Positions 26,624 to 36,327 of a DNA stretch of 38,501 nucleotides are shown piece by piece; position 1 is the stretch's first letter; each line of letters starts with the position of its first letter. The notes beneath the pieces were generated by a model that searched no databases, had not been told where the DNA came from, and worked only from the letters and a program-made list of their open reading frames with translations. A program made the position numbers and the translations under genes. The DNA is from Promethearchaeia archaeon. Its GTDB lineage: Archaea; Asgardarchaeota; Lokiarchaeia; Sigyniarchaeales; SOKP01. The stretch lies in the NCBI GenBank assembly GCA_029856125.1, contig JAHQWJ010000056.1, positions 1 through 38,501 of the forward strand, read 5' to 3'.

Positions 26624-28501
26624 TTAAAGTCCAAGCGACTTTATTTCTTTACACCGGTACCATGACAATATGCCACATATGACAAGAATTAAACCAAAAA
26701 TAAATAATATTAAGGTAAAAAGCGTTGATCCTGCCAAACTATGAATAATGGAAACATTCGTACCAATAGTGAGAGTGATATCTTGGATAGCAATATTATG
26801 ATTTCCTAACATAAACACAATTATTAGTATCACACCACCAGCGCCAAATTGTAAAAAAGCTATCACTAAATTCATGTAATGAATAACTTTAGATCTTTTT
26901 TTACCCAAATCAATAATCTGAGCGCTACCAATATTAATTGCGACTTTTTCTTTATCTACAAATTTTACATAATAATAAGCCAATTCTCTTAAAGGCATTA
27001 AATCAAAAATAACTGTAATGATTGTGATTACACCCACAATTATTAAGATTCTATTAATTAATACTACCTCTGGAAAAACTACCGAAAAATTGTTAATAAC
27101 CCATACAAAAAGACCTATTATGATTGAAAAGAAAAATTTAATTCCTGTTAACGTCAAATTTATTGACGGTTTGTCACTGATTACTAACAGTTCGTAAGTA
27201 AATCCTATTATTAAAATGATTAACCCTAAAATCAACGCTTCCAAAGAGATAATTATACCTAGTACTACTGCAAAAGCTAGGAAGCATACAAAAAGAAAAA
27301 TTGGTAATATTGGGTAGAATGGAGCCTTAAATGGACGATCTAATTCCTTTCTTTTACGTCGTAGTTTTACAGTAGCATAATTTACAAATGCAAGTGCAAA
27401 GAAATAGATGAAATTAGTAATTTCGGCGGTAAATCCAATACCAGCAAAAATTGTGAAAAGAAGAATCACAATTACGGATATAAGTAATCCAAAAACGGGC
27501 ATATCAGATTTTGTATTTGGTTTTGTTTTTCTTATTTTTTCAGGAAAAAATCGATCTCTTGCTAAAGCGGATATAACACTAACCGCAGATCCTAATGACG
27601 AATTAATAGCTATTAATGTTGAAATTATCGCCGCTATAACCATAGTAAAAAACCCCAACGGTCCAATCACGCTCTCAAATACATCCGCTAACAAGACAGG
27701 ATTTCCACTTACACCCGTAGGATTTTCTCCAAGAGCTATTAACACGACAAATGTAATTGAAAGATATAAAACAAGCGTTATTAAAATAGCATATATAATA
27801 GTTTTAGGGATGTTTTTTGAAGGATTTTTTAACTCTGGATTGAGATACGCTAAATTTGAAGTAATTGAAGTAAATAATATAAATAATAATAAAAAAGCGG
27901 GTATTATCCCCTCAAATTTAATTTGGGGCAATGCAAATATTGGATTAGTAATTGGGGCGATAATTAATCCTGAGATAATAAAGAATGCGAACAACGCGAT
28001 TAAAATAAATGTGAATAGTAATAATATCCTAATTGCTATTTTCTGTGTTCTAAAAATAAATAAGCTTGTTAGTAGTACTGGTAAAATTGATATTAAGGTT
28101 AGAACAGTGTCCGGAATTAGTATGTTAATTTTAGCAAAAACTTCATTAAACACGAGAGCAAAAATTTGAGCTGAAAATGCACACATTGCAACATTTGCAA
28201 TCCATAAGAAGAAGCCAATTATAAAAGCTAAGAACCCTCCTATTCCTTCTTTTCCAAAGTTATACGCACCGCCCGCCATAGGTAAGCTCGTTGAGAGTTC
28301 AGCATAATTCAACCCAGTGAAGAATATTAAAATTCCACCTAATAATAAGCTTAAAAGTAAACCTGATCCAGCAATTTCAATCCCCAATCCTAACAGTACG
28401 AAAATGGAACCACCAATTCCACATCCTATACCATATACTACCGCTTGGGACAATTTTAGCGTTCTTTGGGGTAGAACTTCTTTGGGTTTGGTTTCGTTCA
28501 A
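26624..28501 (-). CDS. APC-family amino acid permease with extra C-terminal TM region
   Basis: GIGCGIGGSIF, YAELSTSLPMAGGAY, ELKNPSKNIP, ALARD, LR..R.ELDRPFKAPFYP. Confidence 0.9.
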   Translation of the reverse strand: MNETKPKEVLPQRTLKLSQAVVYGIGCGIGGSIFVLLGLGIEIAGSGLLLSLLLGGILIFFTGLNYAELSTSLPMAGGAYNFGKEGIGGFLAFIIGFFLWIANVAMCAFSAQIFALVFNEVFAKINILIPDTVLTLISILPVLLTSLFIFRTQKIAIRILLLFTFILIALFAFFIISGLIIAPITNPIFALPQIKFEGIIPAFLLLFILFTSITSNLAYLNPELKNPSKNIPKTIIYAILITLVLYLSITFVVLIALGENPTGVSGNPVLLADVFESVIGPLGFFTMVIAAIISTLIAINSSLGSAVSVISALARDRFFPEKIRKTKPNTKSDMPVFGLLISVIVILLFTIFAGIGFTAEITNFIYFFALAFVNYATVKLRRKRKELDRPFKAPFYPILPIFLFVCFLAFAVVLGIIISLEALILGLIILIIGFTYELLVISDKPSINLTLTGIKFFFSIIIGLFVWVINNFSVVFPEVVLINRILIIVGVITIITVIFDLMPLRELAYYYVKFVDKEKVAINIGSAQIIDLGKKRSKVIHYMNLVIAFLQFGAGGVILIIVFMLGNHNIAIQDITLTIGTNVSIIHSLAGSTLFTLILFIFGLILVICGILSWYRCKEIKSLGL

Positions 28502-28562
28502 TTTTCTTTTTGGAATTTATTATTTTATAATTAAAGGATCTTATTATATAAAAAGTATCCAA

Positions 28563-30017
28563 TTACGATTTCTCCAAATGAAAGATTCCACTAACAACTG
28601 AGAAGATTCCCGCTATTATAAGTATGATAAAAAGTATTACTTCAATATCAGCGAAATTTAATATTCCCGTAAGGCCGAAAAGTACTAAAATTAATATAAG
28701 AATTCCTACACCAATAAGAATCCCACCAAAAAATTTTGACAATCTGTAAACCAATGAGAGGAACTCTAACCGATGAATTCTACTTTCTTTATCTCGAATT
28801 TCTTCCTCTTGAGTATCGAGCTCTAGTTTTAACTTTTGAAGAAGTTGTTTAGCATCATTTGTACTGTGATCTATTACTTCCTTAGATTTTACAAGTTTTT
28901 CATGCTCTATATTCATATATTCTAATTTTTCGCCGAGAGAAGCTATTCTTTCCTCTCTTTCAGCATACTCCAAATTAGATCCCTCAATATCTTTTTTGAT
29001 ATCTTCTAATCTTGTCTCATTAGCTTTTACTAGGTTTTCTTTACTTAAAATCTGTTCATCAACAGAGGTTATTACATCATTATGCTGTTGAATTTTAGAT
29101 TCAACATCAATTAATAACTCCTGTTTTTCAGAGAGTTGAATTTTGTATTTTGCGATTAGTTCCTCGTACGTTTCTCTTTGTTTTTCCATTTCAGGAAAAC
29201 CATCTTTATAATCCTCTATGTTTTTTTCTATAATTTTAATACGAGTTTCGTTTTTCTCAATTTGTTCGGATAAAAGCTTTTTCTCTTCTTCTTTAGCTTC
29301 AATTTCGTTGTTTGTGTGTTCTAATTCAAACTTATTTTTAACAATAGAAACTTTAAGAGTCTCGTTTTCGGCCGTTAGACTCTTGATTTTTTTCTCTAAA
29401 GCCTCCGCATTTTCTCCTTGTCTCTCAAGTAAAGACTCTTTCTCTTGAATTTCTTGATTCAGTTTGACAAGTTTAGAGCGTAATTCTTCTTGATTAGAAA
29501 CTTTCTCTTTAACACTATCTGTAAGTACAATTAAATCAACTTGTCTAGTTTCAAAAGTATTTACTAATTGCTCGTTATTCCTTAAGAGTTCCTTATACTC
29601 CACCTCTAGAGTATCCTTACTTTCCGTAACAATTTCAAAACGTTCCTCTAAATGTTGCATATCTTCATTTTTATGATTATATCTCTCTTCAAGTACTTTA
29701 ATAGTCTCTTCAATCGCAGTTAAATACTCTTCCTTATCATCAATTTTAGCTTGAATCGACTCTAACTTTACTTGTCTTTCCCGAATTTCTTCGCTTAAAT
29801 TCTCATGTTTCTTCTCCTTTTTTTCTGGTACCGCATCATTATTTTTTATCGTGTCAGAGATGTCTTCAATGCTATCTTCAAAAGTTCTAAGTTTCTTATC
29901 AATGAGATCTCTGGAATTTTTAGCTTTTGATAAGTACTCTTTGTCTATTTTTTCAATGTCTTTTTCAGACTTATCTTCCGCTTTTTCCGTTTCTTCTTCT
30001 TTGATCTCGTCAGTCAT
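28563..30017 (-). CDS. Long coiled-coil protein with C-terminal two-TM anchor
   Basis: About 420 aa of E/K/L/I-rich heptad-like sequence followed by two hydrophobic helices. Confidence 0.85.
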   Translation of the reverse strand: MTDEIKEEETEKAEDKSEKDIEKIDKEYLSKAKNSRDLIDKKLRTFEDSIEDISDTIKNNDAVPEKKEKKHENLSEEIRERQVKLESIQAKIDDKEEYLTAIEETIKVLEERYNHKNEDMQHLEERFEIVTESKDTLEVEYKELLRNNEQLVNTFETRQVDLIVLTDSVKEKVSNQEELRSKLVKLNQEIQEKESLLERQGENAEALEKKIKSLTAENETLKVSIVKNKFELEHTNNEIEAKEEEKKLLSEQIEKNETRIKIIEKNIEDYKDGFPEMEKQRETYEELIAKYKIQLSEKQELLIDVESKIQQHNDVITSVDEQILSKENLVKANETRLEDIKKDIEGSNLEYAEREERIASLGEKLEYMNIEHEKLVKSKEVIDHSTNDAKQLLQKLKLELDTQEEEIRDKESRIHRLEFLSLVYRLSKFFGGILIGVGILILILVLFGLTGILNFADIEVILFIILIIAGIFSVVSGIFHLEKS

Positions 30018-30383
30018 TAAATTTCATTTAATAAAAAGAGAATTGGGAATTTATAATTTAATATTTATTACAGTGCAAAAAATTGGGTTTTTTTTGTTCA
30101 ACTAAATGTTGAGGCAAATAAATATTCATTTCCTACAACTCACTTACTTCTTTATAAAATATACTCATTACAAATATTTAAACTTTTGAGTTTATTTTCT
30201 TATAGAGGTATCTCGTCTCTATTTCAAGCAATAAGTCTCTATAGAATTTAATATTTTGCTGCCCAATTAGAGTAATGTCTAGTAATTTACGTGTAAATTA
30301 TGGCTTTAGGGCGTTCAATGGATTTTTAATCTATAATGCTTGGTAATTCTATTACTACTATGGATTGAATAAAATGTTTGGAG

Positions 30384-31853
30384 TTATTTGTTTTTAGTTA
30401 GTTTTAACTTAATGTGAATGTTAAATGTTCTAGGACCAAAAGTTACTAATGCATAGAAATTTTCACGCCCGCCAATTTTGATCTTCCCATCAAGAACGGG
30501 TAAAATTAATTGCCGATTGCCATAAAGATTTGCCAAATCATGATCAAAGGAGTTGAAATCGGGGCGGTTCTCTAATGCTTTTACTGTATGTAGGGATTGA
30601 GAACTATCTCTTGAAGATAATTCTGCAAACTTGTAATGCATATCAAGGTAATTACCGAATTCGTGTTCGTTAATAATTAGACTAACAGTTGTATGATAGG
30701 ATCTAATTAAAATTTCTCCATCTTTAAAATTAGGGTTTTTTTCTAAATTAGATTTGAAAAGATCTTTTAATATATCTGTTATAAATAATAATTGAGTAAT
30801 AGCAAAACTTCGCATCTTTACATTGTATGAAATAATTACCTCGTTATCATTTTCAATCTGTTTAATTTTTTTTATATCTTTAACGGCTCCAAACAAATTC
30901 GATTCGAAAATAGGCTCAAATATCGCGGGACTTAACCTATTAGCGTTTCTGAAAGCCCAACTTCGCAATAGATTTCTTTGTGGAAAACTCAACATCTCTG
31001 TTGCTTCCAAGAACCCTCTTTTCATCTGGCAGATTTCTAAGGTGGGTGTCGCACTTCCTATTATTAATCTATGCCAAGCATTTTGAATAAGTCCTTTGAT
31101 TGAGAAAAGTTCCTTAAAACAATCAGTTGGCGTCATTCCTCCAAAATTTCGCGGATCAACCTCAATCCATAAGTTATTGTACAATTTTAAAAGTTGGTAA
31201 TATAGATTAAAATCTCCTGAAATATCCAATCCACTTAAAATGATAACAACATCCTGATTTCTTGATAAAAAAGACTTAAATTTATCACAAGTTGTATACT
31301 CAGCGCTATTTCCTGGTAGATTCATATTTCCTACATCAATCTTCACGAAGTATTCCTTTTTTTTACAATAGTTAAGTAACTCGCCTAAATTCTGGTTATC
31401 AACATCATTTATATCAATTTTGCAGAAGGAGGGATAAAGAGCAACTCCAACGACTGGAATTTGACTTTCTATTGATTCTAAACTTACGATAGCACTATTC
31501 TCAAGATTAAAGGATAAAATTCCTTTAAATATCTCTGGGTCACTTTTTACGACAGATAAAACGTCCTCATTGGCAATCCCGTAAGATCTATTTAAATCCA
31601 TTGCTTGAACAAATCCGTAATTAATATTTGAAGAAAACAACTCTACATTCTCATCTTCAATACTAATTTTTCTATTATAAAAGTAGTTTCTTCCGTCGTG
31701 ATTTTTTTGCTCTAAAAGATTTGTTAAAGCTTTTGATCCCTCGATCTCGTTAAAAATTGGCCATATTAAAGAATCAATTTGTCCATAGGTAAACGCATTT
31801 GCATATCTTGCCCCAAATATAGAACTAAAATCTGGCTGGTATAACCTTTCCAT
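30384..31853 (-). CDS. Degenerate amidohydrolase (TIM barrel) fused to YjbQ/UPF0047-like domain
   Basis: N-terminal NEDVL..V...P..FKG, GVALYP, NLWIE, RLIIGS, NANRL; C-terminal HTTVSLIINE...H...N...H...G..LILPVLDGKIKIG...GPR. Confidence 0.72.
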   Translation of the reverse strand: MERLYQPDFSSIFGARYANAFTYGQIDSLIWPIFNEIEGSKALTNLLEQKNHDGRNYFYNRKISIEDENVELFSSNINYGFVQAMDLNRSYGIANEDVLSVVKSDPEIFKGILSFNLENSAIVSLESIESQIPVVGVALYPSFCKIDINDVDNQNLGELLNYCKKKEYFVKIDVGNMNLPGNSAEYTTCDKFKSFLSRNQDVVIILSGLDISGDFNLYYQLLKLYNNLWIEVDPRNFGGMTPTDCFKELFSIKGLIQNAWHRLIIGSATPTLEICQMKRGFLEATEMLSFPQRNLLRSWAFRNANRLSPAIFEPIFESNLFGAVKDIKKIKQIENDNEVIISYNVKMRSFAITQLLFITDILKDLFKSNLEKNPNFKDGEILIRSYHTTVSLIINEHEFGNYLDMHYKFAELSSRDSSQSLHTVKALENRPDFNSFDHDLANLYGNRQLILPVLDGKIKIGGRENFYALVTFGPRTFNIHIKLKLTKNK

Positions 31854-31974
31854 GGAAAAGCACTTATTTTAACAAAAATTGTTATGTAAAAATTATTCTA
31901 ACTAAATTATTTTAATGTAAGAAATCAAATAATAATTATTAACTTAATTTCATCAAAGGTTTATCGCGTTTTAT

Positions 31975-33960
31975 ATGATTGATCTGACACTAGGAAGTTA
32001 TCCTATTATAATTTCTCCGAATTTAGGCAAACCGCTACTTCTAAACATGAGAGATTATAAACAAAGAGCTCAGTTTCCAATTAAGAATTTGTCGTTCGAA
32101 GCGCTTATCATTGCATCAAAATTCCATTCAACCCAAAACATTTTGGAGCATTTTCACCAAAATTTATTTATTCAGCCAATTTTAAAGGCAAGTGGCGATT
32201 TTGAAAAGAGAAGAGGAACCTTAATCGATTTACATTTAGTTCAAATCGAAAAAATCGAAAAATTAGATTTCAGAGATCAACCCGTTTTAGAAGAAGAGAA
32301 TTGTATTGTATGGGATATTAACAATTGTGTATTTCAATTTGACGATGTATTTGGAAAAAGAAAAGAGCTCTATAGAATTAAGGTTGAAATTCGTGATATC
32401 TTAAGCATTGAGAAATTGCTAAAAAATAATAATAGAGATTTTCTTTTATTTGATATCGTACATGATATCCCTAATTTCACTGAGAATAAAACAAATTACC
32501 ATAGCATCGCTATTTTTGATAAAGATTGGAATGATTTCAGCTTCATTCACGCTACTGACTTTCATATTGCTCGAAGAAATGACTTCATCTTACATTATCT
32601 AAAAGATAAAGCAAGGGCTAAGATCGAGCGATGTGGAACTAATGAAAAGAAAAGAAAAAAAATAGATACATTTGTTCTCACAAGAGATTTCGAATTTAAA
32701 GAAGAGTTTCAAGAAGAACGATACGAAGATTTAAGAAAAGCAAAATTTAACTTTAATTCCAACCTGAGAAAGTTAATTAGTTTTGCAAACGATAAGTCCA
32801 CTCAGAAGAACTTAGATTTTATGCTTATGACGGGGGATTTAATAGACTATCTAAACATCGCTAGAGGAAACTATCAATATAAGAATAATTACCTTGTCTT
32901 TTTAGATATTTTGCTCGGAAGAAATAAAGGATTGGACAATCCTCCTTATCTAGGTTCTGATGATGAGTTTGTTAATTCCCAAGAAATTATGGTTCCTATT
33001 TTTACATCAATAGGTAACCATGACTACAGGTCAAATCACTATGGAATGCGTTTTGGTCAGATTCATAAAATTTTTGGGATGACACATTCAGATACGAAGG
33101 GATATTACGATACTAAATTCTTTAACTACTTCACGGCTCTTAGATCTAAAGACAAGTATTTGAAAGACTATTTTAGGTATATCAATCCTAACCTCAACTT
33201 TAATCTTAAGATAGGAGACCATTATAATTTTATATTCCTCGATACAGGTCAAGACTCAATTGCAGATATGCATGATTTATTAAAAGGTGGACCAAGTACA
33301 AAAGGAATTAAAGAATATCAAGTAGATTTATTACGTGCTTTTATTCAAATAGCCCATAATGAAAAGGTTATCGTAGTTATGCATACTCCTCCAGTTTCCC
33401 CAAACCTTAGTCGATACAAGAGGAGAAAATATAAAAAAAAATTGAATATCAAGAATAGACCATTACAATGGTCAGATTTCTATGAGGGTAATTTAACGCG
33501 TTATAATGGAACTGGACGATTGGATACGATATTAAATCTCAAATATCAAACAATTATGTATAACTGGTCAACAGTTTTAAAAATCTTTACTGGTTCAGAT
33601 AAGATCATTAGAAGAAAAGTAGATCTTGTAGTGTGTGGGCATACTCACACTTTAAAAGAGTATAGGTTAAAAGAAGCTAAAAAAACAGATAGAATAAATT
33701 TTGGTTTTTGGTTTTTTCCAATTTACATTGAGGTACCATGTGAAATTTACACCTCACGATATCGGGATAAATTTAAAGAATTCAAAAATCCACTCGAATT
33801 AAGGACATGGTTTGATGTTAATAAACCCTTTATATTTCAAACGCAAGCGGTTGGTCCCCTTTCTGCGAAATTTAAATTTAAGCCCCCAGGATTTAGATAT
33901 TATACTATTAAGAATGATCAAGTAATCAGTGCTAAAGTATTTTCTTTACATTTAAAATGA
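31975..33960 (+). CDS. Large calcineurin-like metallophosphoesterase
   Basis: TDFH, GDLID, GNHD, MH and GHTH motifs, all in order. Confidence 0.88.
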   Translation: MIDLTLGSYPIIISPNLGKPLLLNMRDYKQRAQFPIKNLSFEALIIASKFHSTQNILEHFHQNLFIQPILKASGDFEKRRGTLIDLHLVQIEKIEKLDFRDQPVLEEENCIVWDINNCVFQFDDVFGKRKELYRIKVEIRDILSIEKLLKNNNRDFLLFDIVHDIPNFTENKTNYHSIAIFDKDWNDFSFIHATDFHIARRNDFILHYLKDKARAKIERCGTNEKKRKKIDTFVLTRDFEFKEEFQEERYEDLRKAKFNFNSNLRKLISFANDKSTQKNLDFMLMTGDLIDYLNIARGNYQYKNNYLVFLDILLGRNKGLDNPPYLGSDDEFVNSQEIMVPIFTSIGNHDYRSNHYGMRFGQIHKIFGMTHSDTKGYYDTKFFNYFTALRSKDKYLKDYFRYINPNLNFNLKIGDHYNFIFLDTGQDSIADMHDLLKGGPSTKGIKEYQVDLLRAFIQIAHNEKVIVVMHTPPVSPNLSRYKRRKYKKKLNIKNRPLQWSDFYEGNLTRYNGTGRLDTILNLKYQTIMYNWSTVLKIFTGSDKIIRRKVDLVVCGHTHTLKEYRLKEAKKTDRINFGFWFFPIYIEVPCEIYTSRYRDKFKEFKNPLELRTWFDVNKPFIFQTQAVGPLSAKFKFKPPGFRYYTIKNDQVISAKVFSLHLK

Positions 33961-33962
33961 TT

Positions 33963-34931
33963 TTAAGCGGTTTCCATTAACTTCAATACTTCTTCGTATG
34001 TACTATCAACCATAGGCCCTAAAAACTGAACTTTCAGAGCTCCAGCGGCATTTGCAAACATTCCAATTCTTTTTAAATCCCACCCTGCTAAATAACCAAC
34101 AATAAAAGCCCCATCAAACGAATCACCCGCTCCAGTTGGGTCTATTTCCTCAACCTCAAATCCTGGAACCCTTATTTCATCTACTAATCCAGAAGAAAAT
34201 ATAGAACACCCTTCTTTTCCTTGTTTCAAAACGACTAATTTTAAACCTTTCTTTAGTAATTTCCTACAGGCTTTGACCTCTCCCTTGACTCCTGCTAACA
34301 TTTCTGCTTCTTCTCCACTTGGGAATAATATAGTAGTCTTATCTAATACTGGTTTAGATATTTCTATAATCGTTTTTATGTCTAGCATTTCTGGGCGTAA
34401 ATTTGGATCAAATGAAATAATGGTTTGAGGGTTTAGAGATTTTGCAATTTCAATTGCTTTATAACATGATTCCCGGGAATTTTCACTTATTGAAAGAGAA
34501 CTACCCATAATGTGAAGAACTTTTACGTTCGAAAAGTATTCTTCGTCAATATCGTCTGGAGAAGTTTGTCCTGCCGCTCCAGCAGCAAAAATAAATTTTC
34601 GAGAGCCATCTGAATTATATTGATTAAAAGCTATTCCTGTAGTTCTTGAATTATCTATCCGTATTTTAGAAATATCAACTCCATCAGATTGTAATTTTTT
34701 AAGAACTCCTTCTCCAAATTCATCGTTTCCAACAACACCAATAAAACCTGTGGTTAAATTAAACGATTTAGACATTCGGGTAGCCGAGTCTATAAATATA
34801 GCAGGAGCTCCACTTGGAAATGGACCCTTATAATAAGAACCAATTCTTCCGTGTGGTACGTCAACTTCCGTACGCATTATCTCGACTAATAGTTCTCCTA
34901 AACTAATTATATTAGGCTTCATTTTCATCAA
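33963..34931 (-). CDS. PfkB-family sugar kinase
   Basis: GELLVE, SGAPAI, GVVGNDEFG, FDPNLR, DPTGAGDSF. Confidence 0.94.
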   Translation of the reverse strand: MMKMKPNIISLGELLVEIMRTEVDVPHGRIGSYYKGPFPSGAPAIFIDSATRMSKSFNLTTGFIGVVGNDEFGEGVLKKLQSDGVDISKIRIDNSRTTGIAFNQYNSDGSRKFIFAAGAAGQTSPDDIDEEYFSNVKVLHIMGSSLSISENSRESCYKAIEIAKSLNPQTIISFDPNLRPEMLDIKTIIEISKPVLDKTTILFPSGEEAEMLAGVKGEVKACRKLLKKGLKLVVLKQGKEGCSIFSSGLVDEIRVPGFEVEEIDPTGAGDSFDGAFIVGYLAGWDLKRIGMFANAAGALKVQFLGPMVDSTYEEVLKLMETA

Positions 34932-35005
34932 TTTCTATTTATACCATTAAAATAAGTTAATTTAACAGAGTAAGTAATAGAATTTAATATTTTATAAGCT
35001 TAAAC

Positions 35006-35524
35006 TTATTTTTTACCTTGATCTATTTTAGTAGAATCAGATTCTTTGCGGAGTAAGATCAAAGATATAATTCCTATTAAAGGTCCTACAGCTAAAAGTG
35101 TAAAACCGAATACCCAACTAACTAAATTTACAAAATTTGGTAATAGCTGTATAGATATAAGGGTAATTCCAAAACCCACAGAGGTTTGGACGGTTAAAGA
35201 AGTGCCAATATAATCTTGATCACTTAACTCAGTTATCATAACGGAATATTGAGGCGAGTCTGGCACAACAGTAATTCCCCAGATTACAGCAATTATTAAA
35301 GCTACTATTGTATTATTAAAAAAAAATCCAATAACAACCGAACTAGATCCGCTTAAGATTAGCATTATAATGCTAAATTTTGTCCTTCCTATTCGATCGG
35401 CGAGCAATCCTCCAAAAGTGTTGCCTAAAGCACCACTAATGAATACTATAAACGTTCCAATTGAAAAAAATAATGTAGCATCTCCGCTTGGATATGATAA
35501 AATATAGGATTCTTTAAGAAAAAT
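35006..35524 (-). pseudogene. N-terminally truncated MFS transporter (C-terminal ~172 aa only)
   Basis: Frame opens after TAA 35525-35527 at IFLKES...GGLLADRIGR (MFS motif A of second half), DSPQYS..TELS...GTSLT.Q...GF; the first ~6-7 helices are absent. Confidence 0.75.
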
Positions 35525-35626
35525 TTAATTTTTCACTTTTCTTAATAAAATTTTCACCTATACTTTTTTTATATCTTAGACTCATATTATAATAAAGATT
35601 TTTATATAGAGAATTAGGTGTGAAAA

Positions 35627-35866
35627 ATTAACAATAGGAAAAAAGTTGAGTTAATTGCTGAAATTTTAGATAGATATGACGATAGTGAATGCTTTTATTG
35701 CGGTGGGACTTTAAATGGTGATTTAGAAAGCGACGATTTCGATGACGGATATTCCGACGATTGGTGTTCTGACTGTTCCAAAGGAATTGACCCGAATGAT
35801 GACTGGGAGGAAGCCTGTTTAAATGCGATAGAGAAAATTATTCACGATAAACCTTTCAAAGCATAA
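35627..35866 (+). CDS. Small acidic Cys-rich (CxxC...CxxC) protein, probable ATT start; missed by ORF track
   Basis: (M)NNRKKVELIAEILDRYDDSECFYCGGTLNGDLESDDFDDGYSDDWCSDCSKGIDPNDDWEEACLNAIEKIIHDKPFKA*; TTTATATA box at 35601-35608 and AGGTGTGA directly upstream; in-frame TGA at 35621. Confidence 0.75.
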   Translation: MNNRKKVELIAEILDRYDDSECFYCGGTLNGDLESDDFDDGYSDDWCSDCSKGIDPNDDWEEACLNAIEKIIHDKPFKA

Positions 35867-35870
35867 ATTA

Positions 35871-36299
35871 TTATACTCTATTTTTTATATCGGTCGCACA
35901 TGCACAGTGGCTAGAACTTAAGATTACCTCACCACAAGGACATTTTTTTGGATGCTCATATTTCTTACAAATTTTATTTATGGTTTCACAGGAGAAAAGC
36001 AGATTTAAATTTTCACTTTCCCGATGAGCAAGTTCTGGTTTTAAGCCTAATTCGTTATGTAGAAAAATTTCCAAGAGTCTTGCGTGTCTATTTAACTCTA
36101 TTGCTAAATCTCTACCCTTGGAAGTTAATTCGACTTCACGGTAAGCTTCATATTTTACAAAACCTTTTGCTTTTAATCTCGTAATGCAACTCCCCAATGT
36201 AGAGTGAGGGATACTGAGCTCCTTAGCAAGTTTTCCAACTTTTATAGGAACATTATTTCGAAATAAAAACTTAATGACAATATAATCTAAATTTTGCAT
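35871..36299 (-). CDS. DtxR/MntR-family metal-dependent transcriptional regulator
   Basis: LAKELSI...L..KGFVKYEAYREVELTSKG.....L.RHARLLE.FL...LG....AHRES, HPKKCPCG; start placed at ATG 36299. Confidence 0.88.
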   Translation of the reverse strand: MQNLDYIVIKFLFRNNVPIKVGKLAKELSIPHSTLGSCITRLKAKGFVKYEAYREVELTSKGRDLAIELNRHARLLEIFLHNELGLKPELAHRESENLNLLFSCETINKICKKYEHPKKCPCGEVILSSSHCACATDIKNRV

Positions 36300-36327
36300 A
36301 GATCGATTTATTACTCGTTTTGATAAA

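Noticed and set aside
27408-31086. ORFs 27408-28169 (253 aa), 28317-28601, 28377-28562, 29218-29448, 29851-30105 and 30823-31086
   Set aside because: Mostly antisense (one alternate-frame) to the permease, coiled-coil and amidohydrolase genes; composition mirrors the sense codons
35948-36184. Plus-strand 78-aa ORF
   Set aside because: Antisense to the DtxR-family regulator
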